This document shows positions 38,942 through 48,295 of a stretch of DNA of 64,000 nt, one piece after another (position 1 is the first letter of the stretch; each line of letters opens with the position of its first letter). Below the pieces are notes generated by a model. That model was given only the letters and a program-made list of their open reading frames with translations. It had not been told where the DNA came from and searched no databases. The stretch covers positions 106,082 through 170,081 of the forward strand of contig CAWBAE010000003.1 of the NCBI GenBank assembly GCA_963786745.1, given 5' to 3'. The stretch is from Terriglobia bacterium (GTDB taxonomy: Bacteria; Acidobacteriota; Terriglobia; Bryobacterales; Bryobacteraceae). The position numbers and the translations under genes are program-made.

Positions 38942-40426
38942 ATGAAAGGTCCTATCCGTAAATCCACGGTAGTTCTAGTGGCAGTGATTGCCATGCTGGC
39001 CGGTGCGTTGATCGCGACCATGTCAGTGACGCACACGGTTCCGATGTTTATCTCCACCGCGCAGGCCGCAGTCACCGAGCAGGGGCCGCTGGTCACCTTC
39101 GCCCCGGTGGTGAAGCGCGCCATGCCCGCGGTGGTGAATATTTCGTCCTCGAAAGTGGTTAAAGAACAGGCGCAGGGCGGCAGCATGTTCGACGATCCGT
39201 TCTTCCGCCAGTTCTTCGGCGGACGGATGCCGCAGCAGCAACAGCCCCGCTCGCAGCGCGAGACCAGCCTCGGCTCAGGCGTGGTGGTGAGCCCGGACGG
39301 CTACATCATCACCAATAACCATGTCGTGGACGGCGCCAGCGACGTGAAAGTACAGTTCAGCGACCGGTCGGAATTTCCGGCCAAGATCGTCGGCACCGAT
39401 AAATACGCGGACATCGCGGTCCTGAAGGTCAACCGGACCGGCCTGACTTCCCTGCCGTTCGCGGATTCCTCCAAGGCGCAGGTGGGCGACGTCGTTCTGG
39501 CCATGGGCGAGCCTTTCGGTCTGCGGGGCACGGTGACCATGGGCATCATCAGCGCCATGGGGCGCGGGGGCTTAGGCATCGAACGGTTTGAGGATTTCAT
39601 CCAGACCGACGCTTCCATCAACCGCGGCAACTCCGGCGGAGCGCTGATCGATACGCGCGGCGACCTGGTGGGCATCAACACCGCCATCCTGTCGGGTGAA
39701 ACCGGCGGGAACCAGGGCATCGGCTTCGCGATCCCGGCCAATCTGGCCCGCAACGAAATGGACCAGATCATGAAGCATGGCAAAGTGACCCGCGGCTATA
39801 TGGGCATTCTTCCGCAAGAGCTGACGCCCGAGCTGGCGAAGCAGTTCGGCGTCCCGAATGACCATGGCGTGGCGGTGGCGCAGGTGGAACCGAATAGCCC
39901 CGCCGAAAAAGCCGGACTCAAGGTGGGCGATGTAATCACCGGCGTCAACGGGAACCCGATCGAAGACGTCAACGAGTTTCGTCTCGAGGTAGCGGGCTTC
40001 GCTCCAGCCACCACCATCCATTTGAAAGTGGTGCGCGGCAGCCAGACCCTGGACCTGCCGGTTACGCTCTCCGAGTACAACCTGGAGCGGGCCGACAGCG
40101 ATAACGGCCAGGGCAATGTTCCCGAAGGCGGCGAGAAGGGCGCGCTCCAGGGCGTAACCGTCCAGACGCTGACTCCCGATCTGCGGCGTGAAATGCAGCT
40201 GCCGGAAGGTACCGCCGGGGTGGTGATCACCAATGTGGATGCGGATTCGCCGGCGGCCCAAGCCGGGCTCTCTGAGGGCGATATGATCCTGCAGGTGAAC
40301 CGCCGGCCGGTCACTTCAGTGCAGGAGTTCAACCGGGCCGTTCGTGAGGGCGCCTCCCGGGAATCAACCTTGCTATTGGTAAAGCATGGAGCAGGAACGC
40401 TGTTTGTAGTGGTTCCTAACAAGTAA
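38942..40426 (+). CDS. htrA: Do/DegP/HtrA family periplasmic serine endoprotease with two PDZ domains
   Basis: 494 aa. TNNHVV (His), DIAVLKV (Asp), GNSGGAL (Ser) catalytic triad motifs and two PDZ segments. Confidence 0.93.
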   Translation: MKGPIRKSTVVLVAVIAMLAGALIATMSVTHTVPMFISTAQAAVTEQGPLVTFAPVVKRAMPAVVNISSSKVVKEQAQGGSMFDDPFFRQFFGGRMPQQQQPRSQRETSLGSGVVVSPDGYIITNNHVVDGASDVKVQFSDRSEFPAKIVGTDKYADIAVLKVNRTGLTSLPFADSSKAQVGDVVLAMGEPFGLRGTVTMGIISAMGRGGLGIERFEDFIQTDASINRGNSGGALIDTRGDLVGINTAILSGETGGNQGIGFAIPANLARNEMDQIMKHGKVTRGYMGILPQELTPELAKQFGVPNDHGVAVAQVEPNSPAEKAGLKVGDVITGVNGNPIEDVNEFRLEVAGFAPATTIHLKVVRGSQTLDLPVTLSEYNLERADSDNGQGNVPEGGEKGALQGVTVQTLTPDLRREMQLPEGTAGVVITNVDADSPAAQAGLSEGDMILQVNRRPVTSVQEFNRAVREGASRESTLLLVKHGAGTLFVVVPNK

Positions 40427-40445
40427 CAAAAGGTTGAGTCTTAGG

Positions 40446-40492
40446 GAAGCAGGCCCGTTGACAATAGTGCGCGCGGGCCTGCTTCTTTTTGT
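40446..40492 (+). terminator. Rho-independent terminator after htrA
   Basis: Perfect 12-bp stem gaagcaggcccg (40446-57) / cgggcctgcttc (40474-85), 16-nt loop, followed by tttttgt. Confidence 0.75.
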
Positions 40493-40572
40493 CTGTATGC
40501 GCATCTACTACTTAGGGTTGAATGATTGCAAAGAGCTAGAAACGTGCGGTTGAAGTTGGAAGGAGAAGACTA

Positions 40573-42948
40573 ATGCCCGACAAACCCGTTGTATACACGC
40601 TGCCATTGCTGCCTCTGAAGAATGCGGTGCTGTTTCCGTATCTGATGATGCCGCTTTCGGCCGGGCGGGCGGCCTCGATGGCCGCGGTGGAGGCTGCGCT
40701 GGCCTCTGAATCCAAGGAAATCGTAGTGTTTGCACAGCGCGACGCGAACGTCGAAAATCCCACCCAGGACGATCTTTATCCGATCGGCACCAAGGCGGTG
40801 ATCCGCAAGACCAACCGCGCGGCCGAGGGCCACATTGAAATGCTGGTGCTGGGAATGGAGCGGGTGACGCTGCTCAAGACAGACGGGTCCGAGCCGTTCC
40901 TGAAGGCCCGAGTCACTCCCCTGCCCCTGCCCGAAGACAAGAGCGCGGAGATCGAGGCGCTGCAAGGCGCGCTGATCGAATTGGCCGGCGAAGCCCTGAC
41001 ATTGGCCCAACCCAACTCCGGGCAAGAATTGCGGGGACTGCTTTCGGCCAACGAAGATCCGGTGCGGCTGACGTTTGTGCTTTCGTCCATGTTCAGCTTG
41101 GATGCCGAAAAAGCGCAGTCACTGCTCGAGGCGCCCACGCGTCTGGAAGCTCTGCGGATCATGCATCGATATCTGTCGCATGAGGTCCAGGTGCTGGAAC
41201 TGCGCAACAAGATCAACACCGAAGCGCGCAGCGAAATGACCAAGGAGCAGCACGACTATCTGCTGCGCCAGCAAATGCGAGCCATTCAACAAGAGCTGGG
41301 CGAGAAGGGGGCTGAGGGCGCGGAAGCCGATCAGCTGCGCGAACGGCTGCAGAAGGCGGACCTTCCCGAGGAAGTTTTGAAGGAAGCCACGCGCGAATTG
41401 GACCGGATGGCCAAGATGCCTCCCGGAGCGCCGGACTACAACGTCATCCGGACCTATCTCGACTACGTGCTGGAGTTGCCGTGGCGCAAGAGCACCGAGG
41501 GTTCGCTCGACATCGCTTACGCCCGGCAGGTGCTGGATGAAGACCATTTCGGGCTGAAGGACGTGAAGGGCCGGATCCTGGAGCAACTGGGCGTTCTGAA
41601 ATTGAACCCCAATGCGAAGGCGCCCATCCTTTGCTTCGTCGGACCTCCCGGCGTGGGCAAGACTTCGCTGGGCCAGTCCATTGCGCGGGCGCTGAACCGC
41701 AAGTTCGAGCGTTTGAGCCTGGGCGGGTTACATGACGAAGCCGAATTGCGCGGGCATCGCCGGACTTATATCGGGGCGCTGCCGGGCCGGGTGCTGCAGG
41801 CTATGCGGCGCGCCGGCACCAACAATCCAGTGCTGATGCTGGACGAAGTGGACAAACTCGGCCACGATTTCCGGGGCGACCCGGCGCACGCTTTGCTCGA
41901 GATCCTGGATCCGGAGCAGAACAAAACGTTCCGCGACAATTATCTCGACTTGCCGTTCGATCTGTCGAAGGTGCTATTCATCACGACCGCGAACGCGCTG
42001 GATACTATTCCGAGGCCGCTGCTGGATCGCATGGAGGTTCTGCGGCTGGCGGGCTATAGCGAAGAAGAAAAACTCGCGATCGCGAAACGCTATCTCATTC
42101 CGAAACAGCTCAAGGAAACCGGGGTTAGCGAGGCGCAGTGCACGCTCCCGGACGCGACGGTGAAGAAAATCATATCCGGGTATACGCGTGAAGCCGGCTT
42201 GAGGGGCCTCGATCGGGCCATTGGCCGCGTGGCGCGAAAAGTTGCGCTGCGCGTGGCGGAGGGTAACGAGGGCGCTTGCACCGTTGCGCCCGACGATCTG
42301 GCCGACATGCTGGGGCCGGAAATCTTCAATCAAGAAGAAGCCCGGCGCGAGTTGCCTCCGGGCGTCGCCACGGGATTGGCTTGGACCGAAACCGGCGGAG
42401 ACGTGCTCTATATCGAGGCGACGCTGCTGCCGGACGGCAAGGGTTTGACGCTGACCGGCCAGCTCGGCGAGGTGATGCAGGAGTCCGCGAAGGCGGCACA
42501 GAGCTACATCTGGTCCCACGCTGGGAGCTTCGACATCGACCCGAAGCTGTTCAAGAGCGCCGGCGTGCACGTGCACGTTCCTGCGGGCGCGATCCCGAAG
42601 GACGGACCTTCGGCCGGAGTGACCATGGCGACGGCTTTAACGTCGCTCTATACCAAGCTTCCGGCGCGCAGCGACGTCGCGATGACGGGCGAAGTGACGC
42701 TCACCGGCCTGGTGCTGCCCATCGGCGGCATCAAGGAGAAAGTTCTGGCGGCGCGGCGCGCCGGAATCCGGACCATCATCATGCCGAAGCACAACCAAAA
42801 AGACCTGCGTGAGTTGCCCGACGACGTCCGCAAGGAGATGGAATTCATCTTCGCCGAGCGCGTCGAAGAGGTGCTGCGCACGGCGATTCCGGGATTGGGC
42901 GAGCGCATGAACTCGGCCAAGACGCAGTCGATTGATCACGCGGCTTAA
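40573..42948 (+). CDS. lon: ATP-dependent endopeptidase Lon
   Basis: 791 aa. LON N-domain, GPPGVGKTS Walker A, and the protease site [11 protein letters not shown]. Confidence 0.97.
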   Translation: MPDKPVVYTLPLLPLKNAVLFPYLMMPLSAGRAASMAAVEAALASESKEIVVFAQRDANVENPTQDDLYPIGTKAVIRKTNRAAEGHIEMLVLGMERVTLLKTDGSEPFLKARVTPLPLPEDKSAEIEALQGALIELAGEALTLAQPNSGQELRGLLSANEDPVRLTFVLSSMFSLDAEKAQSLLEAPTRLEALRIMHRYLSHEVQVLELRNKINTEARSEMTKEQHDYLLRQQMRAIQQELGEKGAEGAEADQLRERLQKADLPEEVLKEATRELDRMAKMPPGAPDYNVIRTYLDYVLELPWRKSTEGSLDIAYARQVLDEDHFGLKDVKGRILEQLGVLKLNPNAKAPILCFVGPPGVGKTSLGQSIARALNRKFERLSLGGLHDEAELRGHRRTYIGALPGRVLQAMRRAGTNNPVLMLDEVDKLGHDFRGDPAHALLEILDPEQNKTFRDNYLDLPFDLSKVLFITTANALDTIPRPLLDRMEVLRLAGYSEEEKLAIAKRYLIPKQLKETGVSEAQCTLPDATVKKIISGYTREAGLRGLDRAIGRVARKVALRVAEGNEGACTVAPDDLADMLGPEIFNQEEARRELPPGVATGLAWTETGGDVLYIEATLLPDGKGLTLTGQLGEVMQESAKAAQSYIWSHAGSFDIDPKLFKSAGVHVHVPAGAIPKDGPSAGVTMATALTSLYTKLPARSDVAMTGEVTLTGLVLPIGGIKEKVLAARRAGIRTIIMPKHNQKDLRELPDDVRKEMEFIFAERVEEVLRTAIPGLGERMNSAKTQSIDHAA

Positions 42949-43340
42949 AGCCGTATATAAGTTACGAGGGCCGCGGCCGCGAGCCGGCGTTCGGAATCGC
43001 GGATCTCGACGCGGCCCACGCACAGATGTTCTCCCACTCGCAGGATGTGGGATCGCGCGGTTGCGATGCCATCCGTAATCGGGCGCAGGTAATTGATCTT
43101 GAGGTCGGTGGTGGTCACGGGACGCCGGCCTCCGAAATGGCTGGCCAGGCCGATGCCCATGGCGGCGTCGGCCATGGTCGCGAGCACTCCTCCGTGTATC
43201 CCTCCCGAGCCGTTCTTCGTTTTTTCATCCACAGCGCAGCGAATGGTGACGCCGTCTTTGTGTACGCGCATAATCCGGATGCCGAGGTACTTATTGAAGG
43301 GCAGGTTGCCGGAAAGCCGGCGCAGTTCGCGAAGGGTCAA
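42945..43340 (-). CDS. PaaI-family hotdog-fold thioesterase
   Basis: 131 aa. NGSGGIHGGVLATMADAAMG motif of the PaaI/YdiI family. Confidence 0.85.
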   Translation of the reverse strand: MTLRELRRLSGNLPFNKYLGIRIMRVHKDGVTIRCAVDEKTKNGSGGIHGGVLATMADAAMGIGLASHFGGRRPVTTTDLKINYLRPITDGIATARSHILRVGEHLCVGRVEIRDSERRLAAAALVTYIRL

Positions 43341-43365
43341 GGAACGATAATTGTATCATCGAGGG

Positions 43366-44100
43366 GTGAAGCGATTAAGTTTCTTCGCTGTGCTCGCGCT
43401 TGGACTCAATGGACAAGACCAAAGCTCGCCGGAGAACTTCGTCCGAATGCATCAGGCGTGGGGCTCCAAAGCAAGTACGCCAAACACTTCGTTGGTTATC
43501 AAGGAATCCGAACGATCGGGCCAGGCGATCAAATTCAGGTTGATTGCCAGCGGCGTGCCCAAGGACAGCGCGTACACGATTCTGGCGTGGCCGGTTACGC
43601 AGAAGGGACCGAGCGAGGTTTTGAAGGGCGTGACCTTGGACGCCTCCGGCCTGGCAATATGCGCCGGCGTGCCGGGAACCTGCGGTTCAGCGGACAAGCC
43701 CAACGATCCGATCGACCTAGTCTTGGCACCTATCCCGGGTGAGCCTGTCCGGATCGCCCTTATTTCGGCGGATGGAGCAACAAAGGTCTTCTCTAAATTG
43801 GTCCCTATTCCTTTGAGCGGTGATGACCGAGGCTGCCGGATTGAAGCGACCCTGTTGACCCCCGGCGCTGAGCTGGTCCTGATCGAAGGCTCGGGTTTCC
43901 CACCCAATAGCGATGTGTCGATGGAATCCGAGTCGGAAGGCGAGCATCACAGTGGAAAGGCCAAGACCGATGTAGACGGCCGATACGCAAGCGCTATTCT
44001 CCCGTATCGACAAGGCGTTGCGCACGGCAGTGCAAAGGTCAATCTGAAGGCAGCCAAATGTGCGCCATCGCTGACCTTCGCGTGGGGCCGGCGCAACTAG
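43366..44100 (+). CDS. Secreted hypothetical protein
   Basis: The ORF opens at 43351 (TTG). GTG at 43366 gives VKRLSFFAVLALGLNG, a signal peptide. No recognisable domain. Confidence 0.55.
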   Translation: MKRLSFFAVLALGLNGQDQSSPENFVRMHQAWGSKASTPNTSLVIKESERSGQAIKFRLIASGVPKDSAYTILAWPVTQKGPSEVLKGVTLDASGLAICAGVPGTCGSADKPNDPIDLVLAPIPGEPVRIALISADGATKVFSKLVPIPLSGDDRGCRIEATLLTPGAELVLIEGSGFPPNSDVSMESESEGEHHSGKAKTDVDGRYASAILPYRQGVAHGSAKVNLKAAKCAPSLTFAWGRRN

Positions 44101-44112
44101 ACGCGCGTGGTA

Positions 44113-45711
44113 TTATTTCACGGCGATTAACGCTCCGGGGGGCGTACTCGAGCCCGCGTAGGTGCAGGTCACCAGGTTGTCGCCGCTGGGCGCCGCTGTC
44201 GGGACGACCACGTTCAGCTGATAGAGCCCCGGCGATATCAAATTCGCGCTGGATACCGTCGCCGCCAACGTTCCGATGGTACACACCGGAGTCGGCACAA
44301 TGGCGCCTGTTTGCGTGACAGATCCATTCACCAGCGCGTTCGAGGGCAGCCCGAAGCCGATCGCGTAAAGCAAAATCGTCTCGCCGGCTTGAGCGGGCGC
44401 TGAGCTTCCTGGAAAAAGAGTGGCGGGGGCCAGCAGACTGTAATCGGCGTGCTCCGCTGCCACGTGCCCGGGCCCATCAAATAATAGGAACGACGGCGAC
44501 ACGGCCTGCATGTTCACGGTGAGAGGCGCGCTCGAAACCGAGCCGTTCGTGACCACGACTTCGACCAGGCCGACCGTGCTGTCAAGGGGAGTGAGCAAAT
44601 TGATCTGATCGCTGGCGCAAGACGTACTAGTGACGGCGCTGCAAAAAAACCAGATGAAGGCCGGCTTGCCGTTGACAGTGACGCTGACGTTGTTCAGCGA
44701 GGTGGGTAAATGGCCCTGCGCCAACGCGGGAGAGCTGCTCCAGAAAGCGCCGCCCGCGGGAGTGTTGGCGGGCACAAGGTTAGCGCCAAAGATTTCGAGC
44801 CACGTGTTCTGCGCGATGGAAGATGGGCCGTAAGCGGTGGTGACCGCGGTGATTAACGGAGACCCGGCTGCCGGCTGGGTAATAGTGCCTGTGCCGGTGA
44901 GCGTGAACGTGCTGGCACCGGGGCTGACCGCCAGGGTGATGGCCAGTGAACCGCCGGCTCCGGTGAACATCCCCGTGCCCCCAGTAATCGTGCAAGGAAA
45001 ATTGACCGGCGGGTTGTTGATGTCCACCACGGAGAAAAAGGAAGCCACGAAGCTATCGTTGGCGTTGAAGGAGAACGTCACTTCACCTTGCACCATGCCG
45101 GGCGCGCCGTTAACGCCCTTTTGCCCGATACCGCTGAAATTTATCGCTACGTTTCCAAACGGAGCCACGGTACCGGTGGAGCTGGCTTGCAATGTGCCGC
45201 TCCCGGCGCTGGCTACGGACGCCGTGCCTCGAAAGCCGGTCAGGGTGATGGCCGTGCTGGTTTGGCCCACCGTGATGTTTCCCGAACCGCTCAACGTGAA
45301 AGTCCCGACACTGGAGGCGCTGGCCGCAAACTGGAACTTATAAGTGATCGATCCGGTGGCTCCGCTGTATGCTCCCGTGCCTCCAGCGATCGGCCCGGAC
45401 GAATTGAGCGTGGTCATTTTGCCGATTGCTTGAGGCGTTACGGTAACGTTGAAGCTATCTTGCCGGTTGAGGAAGAACGTCAAAACGCCCTGCGTCACGC
45501 CGGTCTGCTGGCTCTGTGAACCGCTGAAGCTAACGGCCGCGGTTCCGATTGGGTTTACGGTTCCGGTTCCGTTGAGCGTGACCGGTCTAACGACCGTCTG
45601 TGTCGCAACCATACCGGTAACGTTGGCAACGGTGATGGGCGTCGTGGTCTGCGCGAAAGCAGCCGATATTGCGAATAGCGCGGCGGCAAACCGGACGGCG
45701 AAGGGGTTCAT
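44113..45711 (-). CDS. Secreted repeat protein with Solibacter-type C-terminal domain (TIGR03437-like)
   Basis: Likely start MNPFAVRFAAALFAISAAFA at 45711; the ORF extension to 45807 is probably spurious. The C-terminus SDQINLLTPLD...GLYQLNVVVPTAAPSGDN matches the pattern seen in the 7741..9210 product. Confidence 0.8.
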   Translation of the reverse strand: MNPFAVRFAAALFAISAAFAQTTTPITVANVTGMVATQTVVRPVTLNGTGTVNPIGTAAVSFSGSQSQQTGVTQGVLTFFLNRQDSFNVTVTPQAIGKMTTLNSSGPIAGGTGAYSGATGSITYKFQFAASASSVGTFTLSGSGNITVGQTSTAITLTGFRGTASVASAGSGTLQASSTGTVAPFGNVAINFSGIGQKGVNGAPGMVQGEVTFSFNANDSFVASFFSVVDINNPPVNFPCTITGGTGMFTGAGGSLAITLAVSPGASTFTLTGTGTITQPAAGSPLITAVTTAYGPSSIAQNTWLEIFGANLVPANTPAGGAFWSSSPALAQGHLPTSLNNVSVTVNGKPAFIWFFCSAVTSTSCASDQINLLTPLDSTVGLVEVVVTNGSVSSAPLTVNMQAVSPSFLLFDGPGHVAAEHADYSLLAPATLFPGSSAPAQAGETILLYAIGFGLPSNALVNGSVTQTGAIVPTPVCTIGTLAATVSSANLISPGLYQLNVVVPTAAPSGDNLVTCTYAGSSTPPGALIAVK

Positions 45712-45722
45712 ATGTCTAGCAG

Positions 45723-45779
45723 GGATTGTATCATCGAGGAATGCATCTACAGGACAAGGTGGTAGTGGTGACCGGGGGC
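45723..45779 (+). repeat. Left copy of a perfect 57-bp direct repeat (duplicated SDR 5' end)
   Basis: ggattgtatcatcgaggaatgcatctacaggacaaggtggtagtggtgaccgggggc is identical to 47484..47540. Confidence 0.95.
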
Positions 45780-45806
45780 TGACGCTGGCGAGGGGACAAA
45801 GGGCCA

Positions 45807-46214
45807 ATGGCTTCTGACAAATATGATCCTGACCAATGGGCTTTCATGAATCTACCTGCGACGCAGGAGAAGATTCGCCGCGACTTGCGTAGTGCCGTTG
45901 AACGTTTCCTTGATACGGCACCCGCGGGATCCGTCCTCTTCCGTACGTCGATAATCCTCGGAATCCTGCGGGACTATTTCCGGCGTCGGCTTGCACGTAA
46001 GGATTCTGATGCTTACGACAAGGCCACGGCCGAAGAGGTACTCGCCGGATTGAGCTTCGCCGGTACGCGGATAAGAGCGGACGAAGATGTTGAAAAGTGG
46101 CTCGCGGAAATAATGGCGGCTCCTCCCATAACGGATGAGGAGTTCGAAACACGGTTGAAGGAGTGGGAGGCATTAGACGCGCGGCTGAAGACGGAGGGCA
46201 AAAAGGCCACGTAA
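45807..46214 (+). CDS. Hypothetical 135-aa acidic/helical protein, first gene of the cassette
   Basis: Only long ORF in this interval. No recognisable motif. Begins 25 nt after the left repeat. Confidence 0.5.
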   Translation: MASDKYDPDQWAFMNLPATQEKIRRDLRSAVERFLDTAPAGSVLFRTSIILGILRDYFRRRLARKDSDAYDKATAEEVLAGLSFAGTRIRADEDVEKWLAEIMAAPPITDEEFETRLKEWEALDARLKTEGKKAT

Positions 46215-46314
46215 GAGAAGCCTTGTCTGGCAGGAGGATTTGCGAACGAGGTTATCGAGACGCCGCAACCGGTGCCACTCAGCGTGGTGGTTAGGGCGAT
46301 GTCAGTCTTAAGTC

Positions 46315-47388
46315 ATGGACATGAGAACCGTATACGTCCTCGGAGCGGGCGCCTCTCATGGCGAGTCTTTAGTTGGGCAGTACCCGGATGCACGACCACA
46401 CAGTCCGCCTTTAACCACCGGATTCTTCGACGGTGCGCTGCTGAGTACGCTCGGATACACGCGAGCGCAGGACGATCTCAAAGATCTCATTTCTCATATC
46501 AAGAGCACCAAGCTTTGGGGGGATGCTTTCGGCGAAGACCGGTGGAAGTCCCTCGATCTTGAAGAAGTGTTCACTTCCCTCGAGGTGGAGCGAGAGTTTC
46601 AGAACCCGGAGAGCGATGATGGAGCCCGCCTCTTGCTACTGCGGAATTCGCTGGTTCGCCACATCCGTCGCGTTCTCGGGCTCTGCACGTTGGGAGCCCT
46701 CGGCGAGTATTTCCATTTGCTCGCCGATCGGCTTACGCCTGACGATTCCGTTGTGACCTTCAATTGGGACCTCCTGATGGACCAAGAGTTCATTCACCAG
46801 GGAAGGGCCTTCCGCCAATACAACAACTTCCTGCACCGGGTTCCCTTGCCGCCCTCCGAGAACTGCTTGTCCCTGGTCATCCAGGGTGAGGGGCTATTCC
46901 TGAAGCTTCACGGCTCCCTGAATTGGTTTCGCTGTGGCAACCACAGCTGCCAGGCCAGCGAAACGATCACCTTCTTCTCCAACCCTCGGCATTGCCTCGA
47001 ATGGAACGCGGGCACCGAAAACGCGACGTGTTGGCAGTGCGGAAGCGTGCTGAACCAAGTAATAATTCCACCGCTTCTTCGCAAGCCGATAACGGAGGAT
47101 CCAATTATCCGCTCCGTTTGGGGCCTAGCCAAGGAGAGGCTGATGGACGCGTCGAGGGTAATCGTGGTGGGTTTCTCGGCTGCGCCGACAGACTTCTATA
47201 CAACCTGGCTTTTAAGATCTACAGTCGGAACGCGAGACAACGTTGCGGTTGAAATAATCAACCCGTGTAATGAAGAGGGCCATTCGGGCCACGCCGAGTT
47301 CAAGAGACGCATGGATTCAATTTTCCCGCGGGGATACGGCTCTCGGCTCCTGCAGTTCTCGCAAATCACCGACGCCCTCGGCAGCTAA
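46315..47388 (+). CDS. SIR2/sirtuin-like (DHS-like NAD-binding fold) protein
   Basis: 357 aa. VYVLGAGASHGES (NAD-binding GAGxS), VVTFNWDLLMDQ (the TxNxD position of sirtuins/SIR2_2), FLKLHGSLNWFRCGNHSC...CWQCG (catalytic-His motif followed by a CxxxxC...CxxC Zn-ribbon-like pair), VIVVGFSAAPTD (the GxS strand). Confidence 0.7.
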   Translation: MDMRTVYVLGAGASHGESLVGQYPDARPHSPPLTTGFFDGALLSTLGYTRAQDDLKDLISHIKSTKLWGDAFGEDRWKSLDLEEVFTSLEVEREFQNPESDDGARLLLLRNSLVRHIRRVLGLCTLGALGEYFHLLADRLTPDDSVVTFNWDLLMDQEFIHQGRAFRQYNNFLHRVPLPPSENCLSLVIQGEGLFLKLHGSLNWFRCGNHSCQASETITFFSNPRHCLEWNAGTENATCWQCGSVLNQVIIPPLLRKPITEDPIIRSVWGLAKERLMDASRVIVVGFSAAPTDFYTTWLLRSTVGTRDNVAVEIINPCNEEGHSGHAEFKRRMDSIFPRGYGSRLLQFSQITDALGS

Positions 47389-47483
47389 ATAGTGGGTTCT
47401 AACGGTTAGGCTCAGGAAACATCATCACCCTTACGTCGCGGATAGTCCGTGCCTTCAAAGCGACAACCGGGCGTGACTGATAA

Positions 47484-47540
47484 GGATTGTATCATCGAGG
47501 AATGCATCTACAGGACAAGGTGGTAGTGGTGACCGGGGGC
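47484..47540 (+). repeat. Right copy of the perfect 57-bp direct repeat (native SDR promoter-proximal region and first 13 codons)
   Basis: Identical to 45723..45779. Contains the SDR ATG (47502). Confidence 0.95.
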
Positions 47541-48275
47541 GCGAACGGAATTGGCCGGGCGCTGTGCCGGCGATTCGCGTCAGAGGGCGCGAAAGCGGTG
47601 ATCGTGGCCGATCTCGCAGGCGACGCGGCGCGCAAGGTGGCGGCGGAGATCGAGGGACACGACGTAATGTGCGACGTATCCAGCGAATCGGATGTGCAGG
47701 CGCTGGTGGATTTCGTCTTGAAAAAGTACGGGCACATCGACCTGTTCTGTTCGAATGCCGGCATCGCGATCCATGGCGATCAGTGCGTCGAGAATCGGGA
47801 CTGGCAGCGTATCTGGGAGATCAACGTGATGGCCCATATTTACGCCGCTCGCGCCGTTCTGCCATCCATGCTGGCGCGCGGCCATGGTTATCTGTTGCAG
47901 ACCGTCTCGGCGGCTGGGCTCCTGACTTCCATCGGAGGCGCACCCTACGCCGTCACGAAACACGCGGCGCTCGGATTCGCCGAATGGCTTTCGGTCACCT
48001 ACGGCGACCGAGGCATCAAGGTGTCGGTGCTTTGTCCGCAAGGCGTCAAGACCAGCATGCTGGAGAGAGCCGACGCGGATGGCTTAGGCTTTTTGACCGA
48101 AGGCGCGCTGGAGCCCGGACAAGTGGCCGAGACCGTGGTACGAGGCCTGGAACATGAGCACTTCCTGATTCTTCCGCACCCCGAAGTGCTCGATTACCTG
48201 CGGCGCAAGACCGCCGACTATGACCGCTGGTTGCGAGGCATGCGTCGTTTGCAAGCCAGCATGCAGAACTCGTAA
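47502..48275 (+). CDS. Short-chain dehydrogenase/reductase (classical SDR)
   Basis: [20 protein letters not shown] (TGxxxGxG), NAG, YAVTKHA (YxxxK). The ORF track opens it at TTG 47487, but ATG 47502 is more plausible. Confidence 0.9.
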   Translation: MHLQDKVVVVTGGANGIGRALCRRFASEGAKAVIVADLAGDAARKVAAEIEGHDVMCDVSSESDVQALVDFVLKKYGHIDLFCSNAGIAIHGDQCVENRDWQRIWEINVMAHIYAARAVLPSMLARGHGYLLQTVSAAGLLTSIGGAPYAVTKHAALGFAEWLSVTYGDRGIKVSVLCPQGVKTSMLERADADGLGFLTEGALEPGQVAETVVRGLEHEHFLILPHPEVLDYLRRKTADYDRWLRGMRRLQASMQNS

Positions 48276-48295
48276 AGCGAAGTGGTCCGCGCGGC

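Larger units (their letters stand above)
45780..47483 (+). mobile_element. Putative inserted two-gene cassette (1704 bp) bounded by the 57-bp direct repeats, with no recombinase gene
   Basis: Unique sequence between the repeats. Hand counts of three 60-nt lines give about 50-58% GC, against about 65-70% in the flanks. Splits a divergent intergenic region. Confidence 0.5.

Noticed and set aside
44113-45807. N-terminal 32-codon extension of the TIGR03437-like gene (start at 45807), which would overlap the left 57-bp repeat.
   Set aside because: The internal ATG at 45711 gives a canonical signal peptide (MNPFAVRFAAALFAISAAFA). The extension is Pro/Cys-rich and non-signal-like, and it merely reads through the intergenic repeat.
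45780-47483. Integrase, transposase, terminal inverted repeats or an attC-like hairpin that would explain mobility of the SIR2-like cassette.
   Set aside because: None found. Both ORFs lack recombinase motifs, and the cassette ends show no inverted-repeat symmetry. The mechanism remains open rather than assigned to a known element class.
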